In this document: positions 27,645-40,004 of the stretch, in pieces
Position numbering within the stretch: the stretch's first letter is position 1
How the letters are laid out: each line of letters begins with the position of its first letter
Assembly: GCA_032718475.1 (NCBI GenBank)
Contig: JAUCBJ010008207.1
Coordinates: 1-57,917, forward strand
From: Nemertoderma westbladi
Taxonomy: Eukaryota > Animalia > Xenacoelomorpha
Direction of reading: 5' to 3'
Length of the DNA stretch: 57,917 bases
The notes under the pieces: generated by a model
The model's input: the letters and a program-made list of their open reading frames with translations, nothing else
The model's database searches: none
What the model was told of the DNA's origin: nothing
Translations under genes and position numbers: made by a program

Positions 27645-28050
27645 TATAACTTCAGGGATAATGACTGTAGAAAGGGTCTAATGCCACGGTTAACGAAAAC
27701 AGTTTCTATTTATATGGCCATATTTACGAGGGAGTACTTATAAGGACCTTCCGTTTAGAAATTACAGCAAAATATAAACACCTCAGAAAACTGAATATCG
27801 GAATTTGGTGGCATAATAATTAGTTGTACCGTACGTTAAATTTAATATTATGGTTTAGGTTTATAAATTGTGTTTTAATGTTATTTTACTTTATTTACTG
27901 AAGACGTCCGTGAGGATGAAATGGCCATATAAATAGAAACTGTTTTCGTTAACCGTGGCATTAGACCCTTTCTACAGTCATTATCCCTGAAGTTATAATT
28001 ATGGATACGCCACGAACGGCATCATTTCGACTTCTTTCCCATTTAAATAT
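27645..28050 (+). mobile_element. Penelope-like element 3' fragment with inverted pseudo-LTR piece, nested in RTE copy 1
   Basis: 79-bp inverted repeat (27643-27721 vs 27921-27999); flanking duplication of host AAAT(T)CTCTGGAT (27632-27644, 28051-28062); minimal hammerhead motif inside. Confidence 0.75.
27892..27935 (+). ncRNA. minimal type I hammerhead ribozyme motif
   Basis: TATTTA-CTGAAGA-c-GTCC(GTGA)GGAT-GAAA-TGGCCA-TA-TAAATA: stem I TATTTA/TAAATA, CUGANGA and GAAA cores, GNRA-capped stem II, palindromic stem III, predicted cleavage after 27929. Confidence 0.8.
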
Positions 28051-29385
28051 AAATCTCTGGATGGCACATTCACAAGAATGCTACGCCGGGTTCATTGTGT
28101 CAAGTACAATGCACACATCTCCAACCAGACACTATATAACATTGGAGGTATCTCATTGGTTCCCCCAAGCTTGACACTAGAACAAAATCGCCTCCGCTTT
28201 GCAGGACATTGCTTTCGCCGTGAGGACCAACCAGTGCATAATCTTGTACTTTGGCAGCCTCATGGAGTGAATAACATGGTTGACTTTCTAAAGATTTATC
28301 TTGAACAATACTGGCCTCGTAGATGCGGATAATCTTACGAAAGTCATGGGGGATAGGGAGTTGTGGCGCCGCAATTTTGTTATTGAGCCGGCACAGCATT
28401 CTCAATGCCCAGCTGCAATGCAGCATGTCGTTTATAGTAATTAGCAGTAGGTGTTTGTCGATTAACGTCTCCAGTAGTCATATCTAGCCACATTCCATCG
28501 GGCCGCACCTTCCTACCCAACCGTCTAACAGACTGTCCTGACCACCTCAACCTAACGAGTTCCTCAAAAAATAAAGGACATCTTAACTTTTATAACTTAA
28601 CTTTAACTTTCTCGCAGAAGATGGTAGAATGTAGAGAAGATGGTACAGTGTAAGGAAGTTGCCTATAAAGTAATTGGGCAAAATTATTTTCCGATGTGTA
28701 TTTTTTTCATTAGGAAAGGCAAAATCAACACATGTTTAAATTACTACCGATTACTCGAGGGGACACAAAAATTAAGCTTTATCCACTTCTATTAACTTTA
28801 GTTCATTGTTTTGGTTAGAATATCGTGCCACAGTATCCTGATCCTCTACATTAATTGAAAACTTAACATTGTTAATTATTCACCAAGGCGAAATATAAAT
28901 TCAGGTTTGGATTTGAATCAAATCCCATTTGTTGACTTCGATATCTAGGGCTTTTTATTTTTGTATCGCAATGGAATTGGGGCCATTTTGTTTGTACAGA
29001 ACAAAAGAAATACATTATGGTAAGTATATTATACAAATATACAATGGATTTAGGGCTTTGTGCAAAAATATGGAAACCAATTGGAGTTAGGGCCCAGCCC
29101 AAAATAATAGTAGGCCCTATATGATGGTGTTTGTTAAAATGAGACCGGGTACGTTAAATAATTTTCTAGAACAGCACAACATATTTTACGATAAGAGCAA
29201 AATACGACTTAGTCTTATAAATAGAATAACGTACCTATATTCCCATCCGTATCAATAAAACATACTGAGAAACTAAGTATAAATTATAATTACAGAATTA
29301 GACAATATTAACACTAAGACTAGATACATAGGCCTAGATATTAGATATAAATTGGTCTGTTTGTCAGATGAAACAAAATACCAAC

Positions 29386-29409
29386 CTGTTGTTGACCTTG
29401 ATAAGCCAT
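29386..29409 (-). CDS. putative first coding segment (MAYQGQQQ) of the minus-strand gene
   Basis: TAA TCG ATG GCT TAT CAA GGT CAA CAA CAG|gttggt: in-frame upstream stop, ATGG context, phase-0 donor. Possible acceptors for this exon near 29660-29669. Confidence 0.55.
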
Positions 29410-29857
29410 CGATTATTGTTCCTCTGTTGAGTGACTGCCTGCGTGACCGGTCTGTCGGTAGAGACTCAGCGATTCGGGTAGAAATTTGTAGTTTAGTTAG
29501 AATATTCGTTGTCGGTACGACGGTACGTGGTTATTGTATTACTGCTTTCTCAGTCAGTACCGGTAAGACTTCCTTGCCTGGCTAAAATGTCCTGGCTGAA
29601 TGCTGTATCAGTGTATGGCGGTAATCAACCCAGCCAACCAGTCAACAGGTTAATAAATCTGCGATTTCTGTATTTAGCAAATAATATCCAATGTTTCAGG
29701 TACCGGTACGCTTATACAGGCAGACTACAGGAGTACTGGTACACTGGTGCTTAGATCGTGGCTTTTCCAATTAACATTATTCCATTTTGTTCGTTATGTG
29801 GTTGGAGAAACCTGCTAGGGGCTGCTACTAAGCAGCAACCAATCACGTTAATCCTGT

Positions 29858-30223
29858 ATGAATGAATGAATAATTCGTTTAATTTCCTGTACATAATGGA
29901 GGAATGTAAATAGGAAAATTACCGTTAATCACAAACACAGATTACATAAAACTTTATAATTACAGAAATAATACGTTAAAATTACTTTAAAAAGTATGAT
30001 AAAATTTCCCCCCCCCCCCCCCCCCCCGGTAGCTAAAAATTGAATAATTCCAGTAAAAATAAATAAAACTTTAAACCGTATATGTGACTTGTTAGCTGAG
30101 ATTAGCAACTTAATAAAAATTAAAATCAGGCTAAGTAAAATAATAAATAAATAAATAAAAAATTGAAAATACGTTGACAATTGAACGATAAGCCTACAAA
30201 CTGTAGATAAATAAAGATAAACT
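29858..30223 (-). mobile_element. ~366-bp insertion in the left TIR, probably a non-LTR retroposon 3' end with (CATT)n tail
   Basis: Absent from the right TIR; CTGT duplicated (29854-29857, 30224-30227); begins ATGAATGAATGAAT, i.e. a (CATT)n tail on - after ATTAAA. Confidence 0.55.
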
Positions 30224-31029
30224 CTGTTTAACACAGAGTCAATGAGAATGGAATATTGCTAACATGAAAATGTTCAGGTTACCATTATTCCATATCTCAG
30301 GATCTGAATTCATTATTATCACCCTCCCCTTGCAACCTTGTCTATTTCATTATACAAGTTATATACCGAAAGCAGTCAGGCGTCAGGCAGAACAGAAGGT
30401 CACGAAGGTACAGCAAATCAAATTATTAAGAATTGAAGCAACGGTAATAATAGCCAAAGCCAATACCAGTACATAATACTATTAATACAGGTAGTACGTT
30501 TTGTTAATTCAATACTTGAAGAGCCTTAACGGGGCCTTATTTTTCTCATGGTAGTTACATGGGAGCAGTAATGAGACAATTAAAAAAGTAGTGGAATGTA
30601 ATTTATGCGATAAAAAATACACAGCAACTTCTGCATTATCGAGACACAAACAAAAATTGATAAAAGGATAACCGACAGCGAAACTAAACCATTTCCACGT
30701 TCCATTTCTTTTTGCTACTCTCGTGTCGGGAATGCTACAGACAGACTTCTGGACTTTGGACCAATTGAATGGATAGGATGTAGCGCTTGCACGGGTGTAA
30801 ACACTACGCCGACAACCGGCAACCACTGCCGACAACAGCAAATATGAAAATGTAACCTGAGTTCGTAACTCTCGTTTATTGTTTTGGTTACCGGTTGACT
30901 ACCTTCCACTGTAACCTGTTCCTTTCCCCGAATTAATAAATAACATTAATTAGCTTTAATAATGGTTGTCGGCGTTGGTTTTTCGGGCGTTACGGCGTAG
31001 CATTTACACCCCGTTTGCACGAAGTGGTT

Positions 31030-32549
31030 CAGTACCGGATTAAGCCTCCGGTGGCCCTAAGGCACATTTTAGTAATTTCCAAAAATGGCCCGAAAATTGA
31101 TATTTTTCCGCAAACCCTTTCAAAAGAAAAACCTGCTAAAAAAACTGAAATTGTGAAAATGTTGCGAAGGAAATACAGTATAAAGTATTTTCGTTGGATG
31201 ACTGACTGCGTGCAAATAACTACTAAGTACTTTAATAATAAGTAGGCCTACTTTGCAAAAATAGTTTTCATCAAGAATTGTAACATTACTAAACGGCATA
31301 TTATGCCTATAAAACCTTTGCTATAAAAAGTGTAATGGTTTTGATAGAATTTCTCAAGCTTTAATTTTTTAATATATTAATGGGACCATTACTGCATTAC
31401 CCAAAATCTATTTGTTTTATTTATAAAGCTACTATTCTGAAACTTTAACACAATGATCTGTGATCTTTTATAAACTACAGTATGAAAACTGAGTATAGAT
31501 AGCTTCATAAACTGTTTGTTTGAAAAATATGGCACTTTTTGAGAAGGTCGGGTTTTTCAAAATTAGGTGCAAAAAAATTGTTACAAAATCGGCTCTAGAA
31601 GATCCAAATGGTCATGTTTTATAAAACCAACAATAGTGCAAATTTTCGAAAATTTCATTTCTGTGGGGGTTATAGTTGGCCCCCTTAAGGCTGACTGGCT
31701 CCTGTAGGTATTTAGTAATTTTGATCGGATCGTGGGAATGTGTTATTTATTTTCTGTAGGGTAGGTTTTGCAGGGTACTTATCTTAACAGGACTTGCTGA
31801 GTATAACACACCAAAAGTGTGGGCTTTGTGCAAAGATATAATATTTCTGATCTAGATTTGGACTTGCTGAGAAAGAAATGTTCTCCGATAGAAAACAGTC
31901 TCGGAAATAAGTACTTTTTGTCACTAATTTGAATTTACAAAATTCAATTATGCTTTTAGGTTTTGCAGGAATTGCACCTAAAAGGCCATCGAATGCAAAA
32001 TTCAATACACGAGGGCAGAACATCTGAATTTTGGTTAAATTAAATTAGTGTCAAGAGGTTATTTCTTTTTTTTTATCAACAACTATTTTATCTACAATTA
32101 ATTTATCGTTTTTTTTATCTATTAGGGCCTATATGTATTTATAAAACTTATAAAAACTTATATAAAACTTTAAGAGCATAAATAACTACAAATAATTCCC
32201 CACCAATAAATAAAATTAAATTTTCCATTGTTCATAATTAGCACTTTAAAGTTTTACTGCCCATGTTTTATAATTTCCCTGCCATCAGGTCTTGAACTAA
32301 TAACACAAGCACCTGTCGGTCGACTGAGCTAGAATTTTGCACTTTCTATCAGAAATTTAGGGATAGAAACAGAAAGTAGCCGAAAGATGCACTTTCTTGC
32401 TGTTTTCTATAAATTTTAGTGAGAAAAAATGTTGACTTTTCAGATAAAAACATTTTTTTACAAGAATGACTCGCTGAGAAAAAATGGCCCGTATTTTCGG
32501 CTGGCCCTAAGGCACGTGCCTTATATGCCTTAAGGTTAATCCGGCACTT
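31030..32549. mobile_element. nested hAT-type non-autonomous element
   Basis: Ends CAGTACCGGATTAA / TTAATCCGGCACTT; partial TSD GTGGTT on both sides; GGCCCTAAGGCAC inside both ends. Confidence 0.6.
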
Positions 32550-33345
32550 GTGGTTGGTATCATAAAAGTTGTGTGAATAAAACGCAACACGAGATTCTGG
32601 GTGATGAATTAATATGTGAGACCTGCATTTTGCCCACATTGAATATTACTACGTGGCAAGTACTTCAATGAGATATTGTATAAGTACAGTATGTTTATAA
32701 CTAAACCGGACTTAACTATAAATATTTCATTTACAGTACATCATTGTGATTAAACTAATCCACTTATACTATGGTATTTTTTATTTTTCTTGCATTTATT
32801 ATGCCTGGTATTGTAGTATATAATATCATATGGCAGTACAGTATGGCTTACTCGATTACTAACTGACTAACACTAGCAGCTTAATTACTGCTGTACTGTA
32901 ATATCTGATTACTTTGGAATAATGGTAACCTGAACTTTTTGAAGTTAGCAATATGAATCAAATGGGGCGTATATTTTCCACATGGAAAAATTATGAAGAA
33001 TTAAAGAATGTAATTTTAGTTGCACTTACAGTAAAAGTAGAGAACGATGTATTGTATTAGTATTAGATAAAAAAGAAAGAAAGGCACATAACCGGATAAA
33101 AGGATTTATATTAATTAAAAATTAAGGTAGGTCATTTAGGTAGAGAGCATAGCGGATCTCGCAGTCGAGACGTTAGCAATATTCCAGTCTCATTGACTCT
33201 GTGTTAAACAGGATTAACGTGATTGGTTGCTGCTTAGTAGCAGCCCCTAGCAGGTTTCTCCAACCACATAACTTGTTTTATACAAAATGGAATAATGTTA
33301 ACTGGAAAAGCCACTATCTAAGCACCCGTGACTGGTACCACTCAC

Positions 33346-33416
33346 CACTAGGACTGGCTTAATCACCTTTCACCTGTCTGCCTGTTCTACCTTCTAATAG
33401 ACTTAATACCAGAATA
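33346..33416 (-). other. candidate non-coding 5' exon of the minus-strand gene
   Basis: ttacag|...CCTAGTG|gtgagt. Removing the 29742-33330 element leaves an intron of roughly 80-90 bp to the acceptors near 29660-29669. Confidence 0.35.
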
Positions 33417-33519
33417 CTGTAATAGGTTATCTTGCTTGAGGTGACAGGGAGAGGCGAACTGGGAACTTCATTCATATCGTGACAGAGTAGCTAACTCTTA
33501 AGTTAATGATGTAAATAAG

Positions 33520-33615
33520 GCCTACAGTCCTACAGCCTACAGTCCTACAGCCTACAGTCCTACAGCCTACAGTCCTACAGCCTACAGCCTACAGCCTACA
33601 GTCCTTGCCTACAGT
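33520..33615. repeat. (CCTACAG/TCCTACAG)n microsatellite
   Basis: Direct reading. Confidence 0.9.
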
Positions 33616-34637
33616 ACGGTCTGACCGTGAAGCGTGTTGATCAGATCATCAATTAATTATAGTTAAAAAGTATTAAAAATAAAAGAAACAAAATTATTGA
33701 CTTGAAAACAATTTACCTAGATTTAGATTATATTAGTTTATTGACATAATTAAGTTCCACAAGCGACTGATGAAAGAAAGTAACAGAAAAATACAAACAG
33801 GTAACATAACAATATATGAAAGGAAGACACAACATTGATACAAACAAATACAGTACATTTGTAAGCAGTCATAAAAACAATAACAAGAACAATGTGACAA
33901 ACTATAGCATGCAGCAGACCACTAGGGAACGAGAACTATATGTGTATGATTCATAAGTAATAATAATTAATCGATTAACAATAATGAAAAACTAATGATA
34001 TGCAAGCGGGATCAATGACAAGACACAAATACAGATTCAAACGGACACGGTAGAAAATGCGATGTAATTAATTATAATTGTTATCAACAGTCATACCCAA
34101 TAACTAATTGATTAACACTTCCTACATTGGAGGCCCTATTTAAATGTACAATGAGATATAATGTGACTTAACTCAACTACAGGAAAACAATATACCTGAG
34201 CACATGTGTGGTTGTTAAGTATTAGAATACTTGGCAAGAATCTAAATTTTACGTCACTAACACCACCTAGTGGAATCTCGAATAACTACAGTTTCTGCTG
34301 TAATACACTATATACTTTAAGACTCAATAATATAAAATCAATTTGTGTCACTTTATAAATAATATTCAATGTTAACATGCTCAGGTAAATGTCACGCTTA
34401 ACTTCAAATCAACTCAAATTTTAATAAAATTTATATAACTTTCGGTTTTTGGTACGAATTATGTAGAATTGTCTAAAACTTTATTGGCATAACTACAGTA
34501 TATTAACCTCAAGTTAATACTATCAGTTTAACCAAAAGAGTAATAGGTTTTACATATACTAAATATATTTATTTATATAAAATATACTACCGCGTTATTT
34601 TAATGCTATTTATTTATCGCTTGCCATACTTGCCCTC

Positions 34638-35100
34638 CAGGCCCGGATTAAGGGGGTGCAATGGGTGCATGTGCAATGGAATGGGGGCAGATGCAATGGG
34701 TGCAGGTGCAGGCGCAATGGAATGGGTGCAGATGCAATGGGTGCAGCTGCAGGTGCAATGGAATGGGTGCAGATGCAATGGGTGCAGGTGCAATGGGTGC
34801 ATGTGCAATGGAATGGGTGCAGATGCAATGGGTGCAGGTGCAGAAGGTGTAGGTGTAATGGGTTCAGGTGCAATCAACCTTACCTACTTTCACAATAGTG
34901 TTTAGCGCTACAGGTTGAGACTAAAGGATGTAGAAATATCGCTGTCTTGAGTCTTTGAGATTTGAAAAACGTAGAACTTTTTTTCATTTTTCTCTTATTA
35001 TGTTAATTTTATTTAAGTTTAAAATACAAATAATTACTGGAAGGGGACGCCAATGGAAAACTACACTTGGCTGGGCCGCCAAGTCATTAATACGGCCCAG
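34638..35100. mobile_element. hAT-type MITE with internally expanded GGTGCA/ATGGGTGCA repeat (34655-34872)
   Basis: Ends CAGGCCCGGATTAA / TTAATACGGCCCAG; flanks TTGCCCTC / TTCCTCTC (6/8 match, decayed 8-bp TSD). Confidence 0.6.
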
Positions 35101-35404
35101 TTCCTCTCTCGTCTAAAATAATGTACAGTATAGACCAAAAAATATATATGAACCAAAAATATTTATATACATTGAAAACAATAATAGAAAATAATATATA
35201 CAATACATAGAGCGCATTGACTGTACAAATAAATACAATACATAGAGAAATTCGTCCATAGTATGTGTGTACTCTGCGTACCCGGACAGTGTATGTACGT
35301 TCCCGGACAGTGTATTATGTTCCCGGACAATGTATGTTTGTTCCCGGACAGTGTACTGTATGTAAGTTCCCGGACAGTGCATGTATGTTCTTGGGAGACC
35401 ACGT

Positions 35405-35576
35405 GGGAGAAACTGGTGGCAAATTCCATCTCAGCGAAATAATAACTCACCTCAATGTTAAAATCTCGATATAGTGAAAGGAGCAGTGGTAAGTTATTCT
35501 AACCAAAACAATAAAGAAAGTCAACACAGTAGATCCGGTTACAGCTCCGGTTTAGCTGTTATTTGCATCGAATTTC
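35405..35576 (+). mobile_element. decayed copy of the GGGGGAAACTGG MITE family, within a degenerate GTTCCCGGACAGTGTA repeat (35280-35645)
   Basis: Shares GAAACTGG..GCAAAT, CCTCAATGTTAAA, CAAAACAATAAA and AGCTGTTATTTGC.TCGAATTTC with 54688-54914. Confidence 0.7.
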
Positions 35577-35776
35577 ACAGTGTATGTTTGTTCCCAGTCT
35601 TGTGTATGTATGTTCCCGGACAGTATATGTATATATGTTCCGAACTGCTAAAGCTTTGCGTTATCCTCCACATTAAGAAATAAAATTAACAAACACAATA
35701 CCAAACAAATATTGATTGCTTGGTAGTGTTAGTAATGTAGCATTAGCTAACCCCTGCTGAATGTTATGTTATTAAA

Positions 35777-38700
35777 TTGTTTACTCTGTAGCAAGTGTTT
35801 GTTTACTCTGTAGCAAGTGTTTGTTTACTCTGTAGCAAGTGTTTGTTTACTCTGTAGCAAGTGTTTGTTTACTTTGTAGCAAGTGTTTGTTTACTCTGTA
35901 GCAAGTGTTTGTTTACTCTGTAGCAAGTGTTTGTTTACTCTGTAGCAAGTGTTTGTTTACTTTGTAGCAAGTGTTTGTTTACTCTGTAGCAAGTGTTTGT
36001 TTACTCTGTAGCAAGTGTTTGTTTACTTTGTAGCAAGTGTTTGTTTACTCTGTAGCAAGTGTTTGTTTACTCTGTAGCAAGTGTTTGTTTACTTTGTAGC
36101 AAGTGTTTGTTTACTCTGTAGCAAGTGTTTGTTTACTCTGTAGCAAGTGTTTGTTTACTCTGTAGCAAGTGTTTGTTTACTCTGTAGCAAGTGTTTGTTT
36201 ACTCTGTAGCAAGTGTTTGTTTACTCTGTAGCAAGTGTTTGTTTACTCTGTAGCAAGTGTTTGTTTACTTTGTAGCAAGTGTTTGTTTACTCTGTAGCAA
36301 GTGTTTGTTTACTCTGTAGCAAGTGTTTGTTTACTCTGTAGCAAGTGTTTGTTTACTTTGTAGCAAGTGTTTGTTTACTCTGTAGCAAGTGTTTGTTTAC
36401 TCTGTAGCAAGTGTTTGTTTACTTTGTAGCAAGTGTTTGTTTACTCTGTAGCAAGTGTTTGTTTACTCTGTAGCAAGTGTTTGTTTACTTTGTAGCAAGT
36501 GTTTGTTTACTCTGTAGCAAGTGTTTGTTTACTCTGTAGCAAGTGTTTGTTTACTCTGTAGCAAGTGTTTGTTTACTCTGTAGCAAGTGTTTGTTTACTT
36601 TGTAGCAACTGTTTGTTTACTTTGTAGCAAGTGTTTGTTTACTCTGTAGCAAGTGTTTGTTTACTTTGTAGCAAGTGTTTGTTTACTCTGTAGCAAGTGT
36701 TTGTTTACTCTGTAGCAAGTGTTTGTTTACTCTGTAGCAAGTGTTTGTTTACCCTGTAGCAAGTGTTTGTTTACTTTGTAGCAAGTGTTTGTTTACTTTG
36801 TAGCAAGTGTTTGTTTACTCTGTAGCAAGTGTTTGTTTACTCTGTAGCAAGTGTTTGTTTACTTTGTAGCAAGTGTTTGTTTACTCTGTAGCAAGTGTTT
36901 GTTTACTCTGTAGCAAGTGTTTGTTTACTTTGTAGCAAGTGTTTGTTTACTTTGTAGCAAGTGTTTGTTTACTCTGTAGCAAGTGTTTGTTTACTCTGTA
37001 GCAAGTATTTGTTTACTCTGTAGCAAGTGTTTGTTTACTCTGTAGCAAGTGTTTGTTTACTCTGTAGCAAGTGTTTGTTTACTCTATAGCAAGTGTTTGC
37101 TTACTCTGTATCAAGTGTTTGTTTACTCTGTAGCAAGTGTTTGCTTACTCTGTAGCAAGTGTTTGTTTACTCTGTAGCAAGTGTTTGTTTACTTTGTAGC
37201 AAGTGTTTGTTTACTCTGTAGCAAGTGTTTGTTTACTCCGTAGCAAGTGTTTGTTTACTCTGTAGCAAGTGTTTGTTTACTCTGTAGCAAGTGTTTGTTT
37301 ACTCTGTAGCAAGTGTTTGTTTACTCTGTAGCAAGTGTTTGTTTACTCTGTAGCAAGTATTTGTTTACTCTGTAGCAAGTGTTTGTTTACTCTGTAGCAA
37401 GTGTTTGTTTACTCTGTAGCAAGTGTTTGTTTACTCTGTAGCAAGTGTTTGTTTACTCTGTAGCAAGTGTTTGTTTACTCTGTAGCAAGTGTTTGTTTAC
37501 TTTGTAGCAAGTGTTTGTTTACTTTGTAGCAAGTGTTTGTTTACTCTGTAGCAAGTGTTTGTTTACTCTGTAGCAAGTATTTGTTTACTCTGTAGCAAGT
37601 GTTTGTTTACTCTGTAGCAAGTGTTTGTTTACTCTGTAGCAAGTGTTTGTTTACTTTGTAGCAAGTGTTTGTTTACTCTGTAGCAAGTGTTTGTTTACTC
37701 TGTAGCAAGTGTTTGTTTACTCTGTAGCAAGTGTTTGTTTACTTTGTAGCAAGTGTTTGTTTACTCTGTAGCAAGTGTTTGTTTACTCTGTAGCAAGTGT
37801 TTGTTTACTTTGTAGCAAGTGTTTGTTTACTCTGTAGCAAGTGTTTGTTTACTCTGTAGCAAGTGTTTGTTTACTTTGTAGCAAGTGTTTGTTTACTCTG
37901 TAGCAAGTGTTTGTTTACTCTGTAGCAAGTGTTTGTTTACTCTGTAGCAAGTGTTTGTTTACTCTGTAGCAAGTGTTTGTTTACTCTGTAGCAAGTGTTT
38001 GTTTACTCTGTAGCAAGTGTTTGTTTACTCTGTAGCAAGTGTTTGTTTACTTTGTAGCAAGTGTTTGTTTACTCTGTAGCAAGTGTTTGTTTACTCTGTA
38101 GCAAGTGTTTGTTTACTCTGTAGCAAGTGTTTGTTTACTTTGTAGCAAGTGTTTGTTTACTCTGTAGCAAGTGTTTGTTTACTCTGTAGCAAGTGTTTGT
38201 TTACTTTGTAGCAAGTGTTTGTTTACTCTGTAGCAAGTGTTTGTTTACTCTGTAGCAAGTGTTTGTTTACTCTGTAGCAAGTGTTTGTTTACTCTGTAGC
38301 AAGTGTTTGTTTACTCTGTAGCAAGTGTTTGTTTACTCTGTAGCAAGTGTTTGTTTACTCTGTAGCAAGTGTTTGTTTACTTTGTAGCAAGTGTTTGTTT
38401 ACTTTGTAGCAAGTGTTTGTTTACTCTGTAGCAAGTGTTTGTTTACTTTGTAGCAAGTGTTTGTTTACTCTGTAGCAAGTGTTTGTTTACTCTGTAGCAA
38501 GTGTTTGTTTACTCTGTAGCAAGTGTTTGTTTACCCTGTAGCAAGTGTTTGTTTACTCTGTAGCAAGTGTTTGTTTACTTTGTAGCAAGTGTTTGTTTAC
38601 TCTGTAGCAAGTGTTTGTTTACTCTGTAGCAAGTGTTTGTTTACTTTGTAGCAAGTGTTTGTTTACTCTGTAGCAAGTGTTTGTTTACTCTGTAGCAAGT

Positions 38701-39965
38701 GTTTGTTTACTTTGTAGCAAGTGTTTGTTTACTTTGTAGCAAGTGTTTGTTTACTCTGTAGCAAGTGTTTGTTTACTCCGTAGCAAGTGTTTGTTTACTC
38801 TGTAGCAAGTGTTTGTTTACTCTGTAGCAAGTGTTTGTTTACCCTGTAGCAAGTGTTTGTTTACTTTGTAGCAAGTGTTTGTTTACTTTGTAGCAAGTGT
38901 TTGTTTACTCTGTAGCAAGTGTTTGTTTACTCTGTAGCAAGTGTTTGTTTACTTTGTAGCAAGTGTTTGTTTACTCTGTAGCAAGTGTTTGTTTACTCTG
39001 TAGCAAGTGTTTGTTTACTTTGTAGCAAGTGTTTGTTTACTTTGTAGCAAGTGTTTGTTTACTCTGTAGCAAGTGTTTGTTTACTCTGTAGCAAGTATTT
39101 GTTTACTCTGTAGCAAGTGTTTGTTTACTCTGTAGCAAGTGTTTGTTTACTCTGTAGCAAGTGTTTGTTTACTCTATAGCAAGTGTTTGCTTACTCTGTA
39201 GCAAGTGTTTGTTTACTCTGTAGCAAGTGTTTGCTTACTCTGTAGCAAGTGTTTGTTTACTCTGTAGCAAGTGTTTGTTTACTTTGTAGCAAGTGTTTGT
39301 TTACTCTGTAGCAAGTGTTTGTTTACTCCGTAGCAAGTGTTTGTTTACTCTGTAGCAAGTGTTTGTTTACTCTGTAGCAAGTGTTTGTTTACTCTGTAGC
39401 AAGTGTTTGTTTACTCTGTAGCAAGTGTTTGTTTACTCTGTAGCAAGTATTTGTTTACTCTGTAGCAAGTGTTTGTTTACTCTGTAGCAAGTGTTTGTTT
39501 ACTCTGTAGCAAGTGTTTGTTTACTCTGTAGCAAGTGTTTGTTTACTCTGTAGCAAGTGTTTGTTTACTCTGTAGCAAGTGTTTGTTTACTTTGTAGCAA
39601 GTGTTTGTTTACTTTGTAGCAAGTGTTTGTTTACTCTGTAGCAAGTGTTTGTTTACTCTGTAGCAAGTATTTGTTTACTCTGTAGCAAGTGTTTGTTTAC
39701 TCTGTAGCAAGTGTTTGTTTACTCTGTAGCAAGTGTTTGTTTACTCTGTAGCAAGTGTTTGCTTACTCTGTAGCAAGTGTTTGTTTACTCTGTAGCAAGT
39801 GTTTGTTTACTCTGTAGCAAGTGTTTGTTTACTCTGTAGCAAGTGTTTGTTTACTCTGTAGCAAGTGTTTGTTTACTCTGTAGCAAGTGTTTGTTTACTC
39901 TGTAGCAAGTGTTTGTTTACTCTGTAGCAAGTGTTTGTTTACTCTGTAGCAAGTGTTTGTTTACT
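35777..39965. repeat. 22-bp tandem array, ~190 copies (GTTTACTCTGTAGCAAGTGTTT)
   Basis: GTTTACTC at 35801 and 35823. Rare variant CTCTATAGC...TTTGCTT recurs at 37081 and 39171 (2090 bp = 95 units). Confidence 0.98.
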
Positions 39966-40004
39966 TTCTTCTTAATAAAAATAACCTGGCATCGACTGAA
40001 GTTC

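Larger units (their letters stand above)
27500..28450 (+). mobile_element. RTE-clade LINE copy 1: 5'-truncated, decayed, interrupted by a 406-bp insertion
   Basis: KLKVRLFRAAVVPVLLYGSPCW and MLRRVHCVKYNAHISN are near-identical to the copies at 48 kb and 55.5 kb. Same 3' end (CAGCTGCAATGCAGCATG); small deletions near 28280. Confidence 0.93.
29742..33330. mobile_element. non-autonomous TIR DNA transposon with ~155-bp TIRs and 7-bp TSD (P-element-like by termini and TSD length)
   Basis: Left CACTGGTGCTTAGATCGTGGCTTTTCC... is the reverse complement of right ...GGAAAAGCCACTATCTAAGCACCCGTG. ACTGGTA flanks both ends (29735-29741, 33331-33337). Right TIR 33172-33330; left TIR 29742-30263, split by an insertion. 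Superfamily call is inference. Confidence 0.85.

Noticed and set aside
30509-30841. Possible THAP-domain remnant in the TIR element (VVAGC...W...VCS)
   Set aside because: First Cys, the HF motif and normal spacing are missing; not supportable without a profile search.
31670-31720. Kolobok-like terminus (GGCCCCCTTAA)
   Set aside because: No matching second end found in the window.
34603-34905. Cys-rich metallothionein-like ORFs
   Set aside because: Product of a GGTGCA-type repeat expansion inside a MITE; open on both strands.
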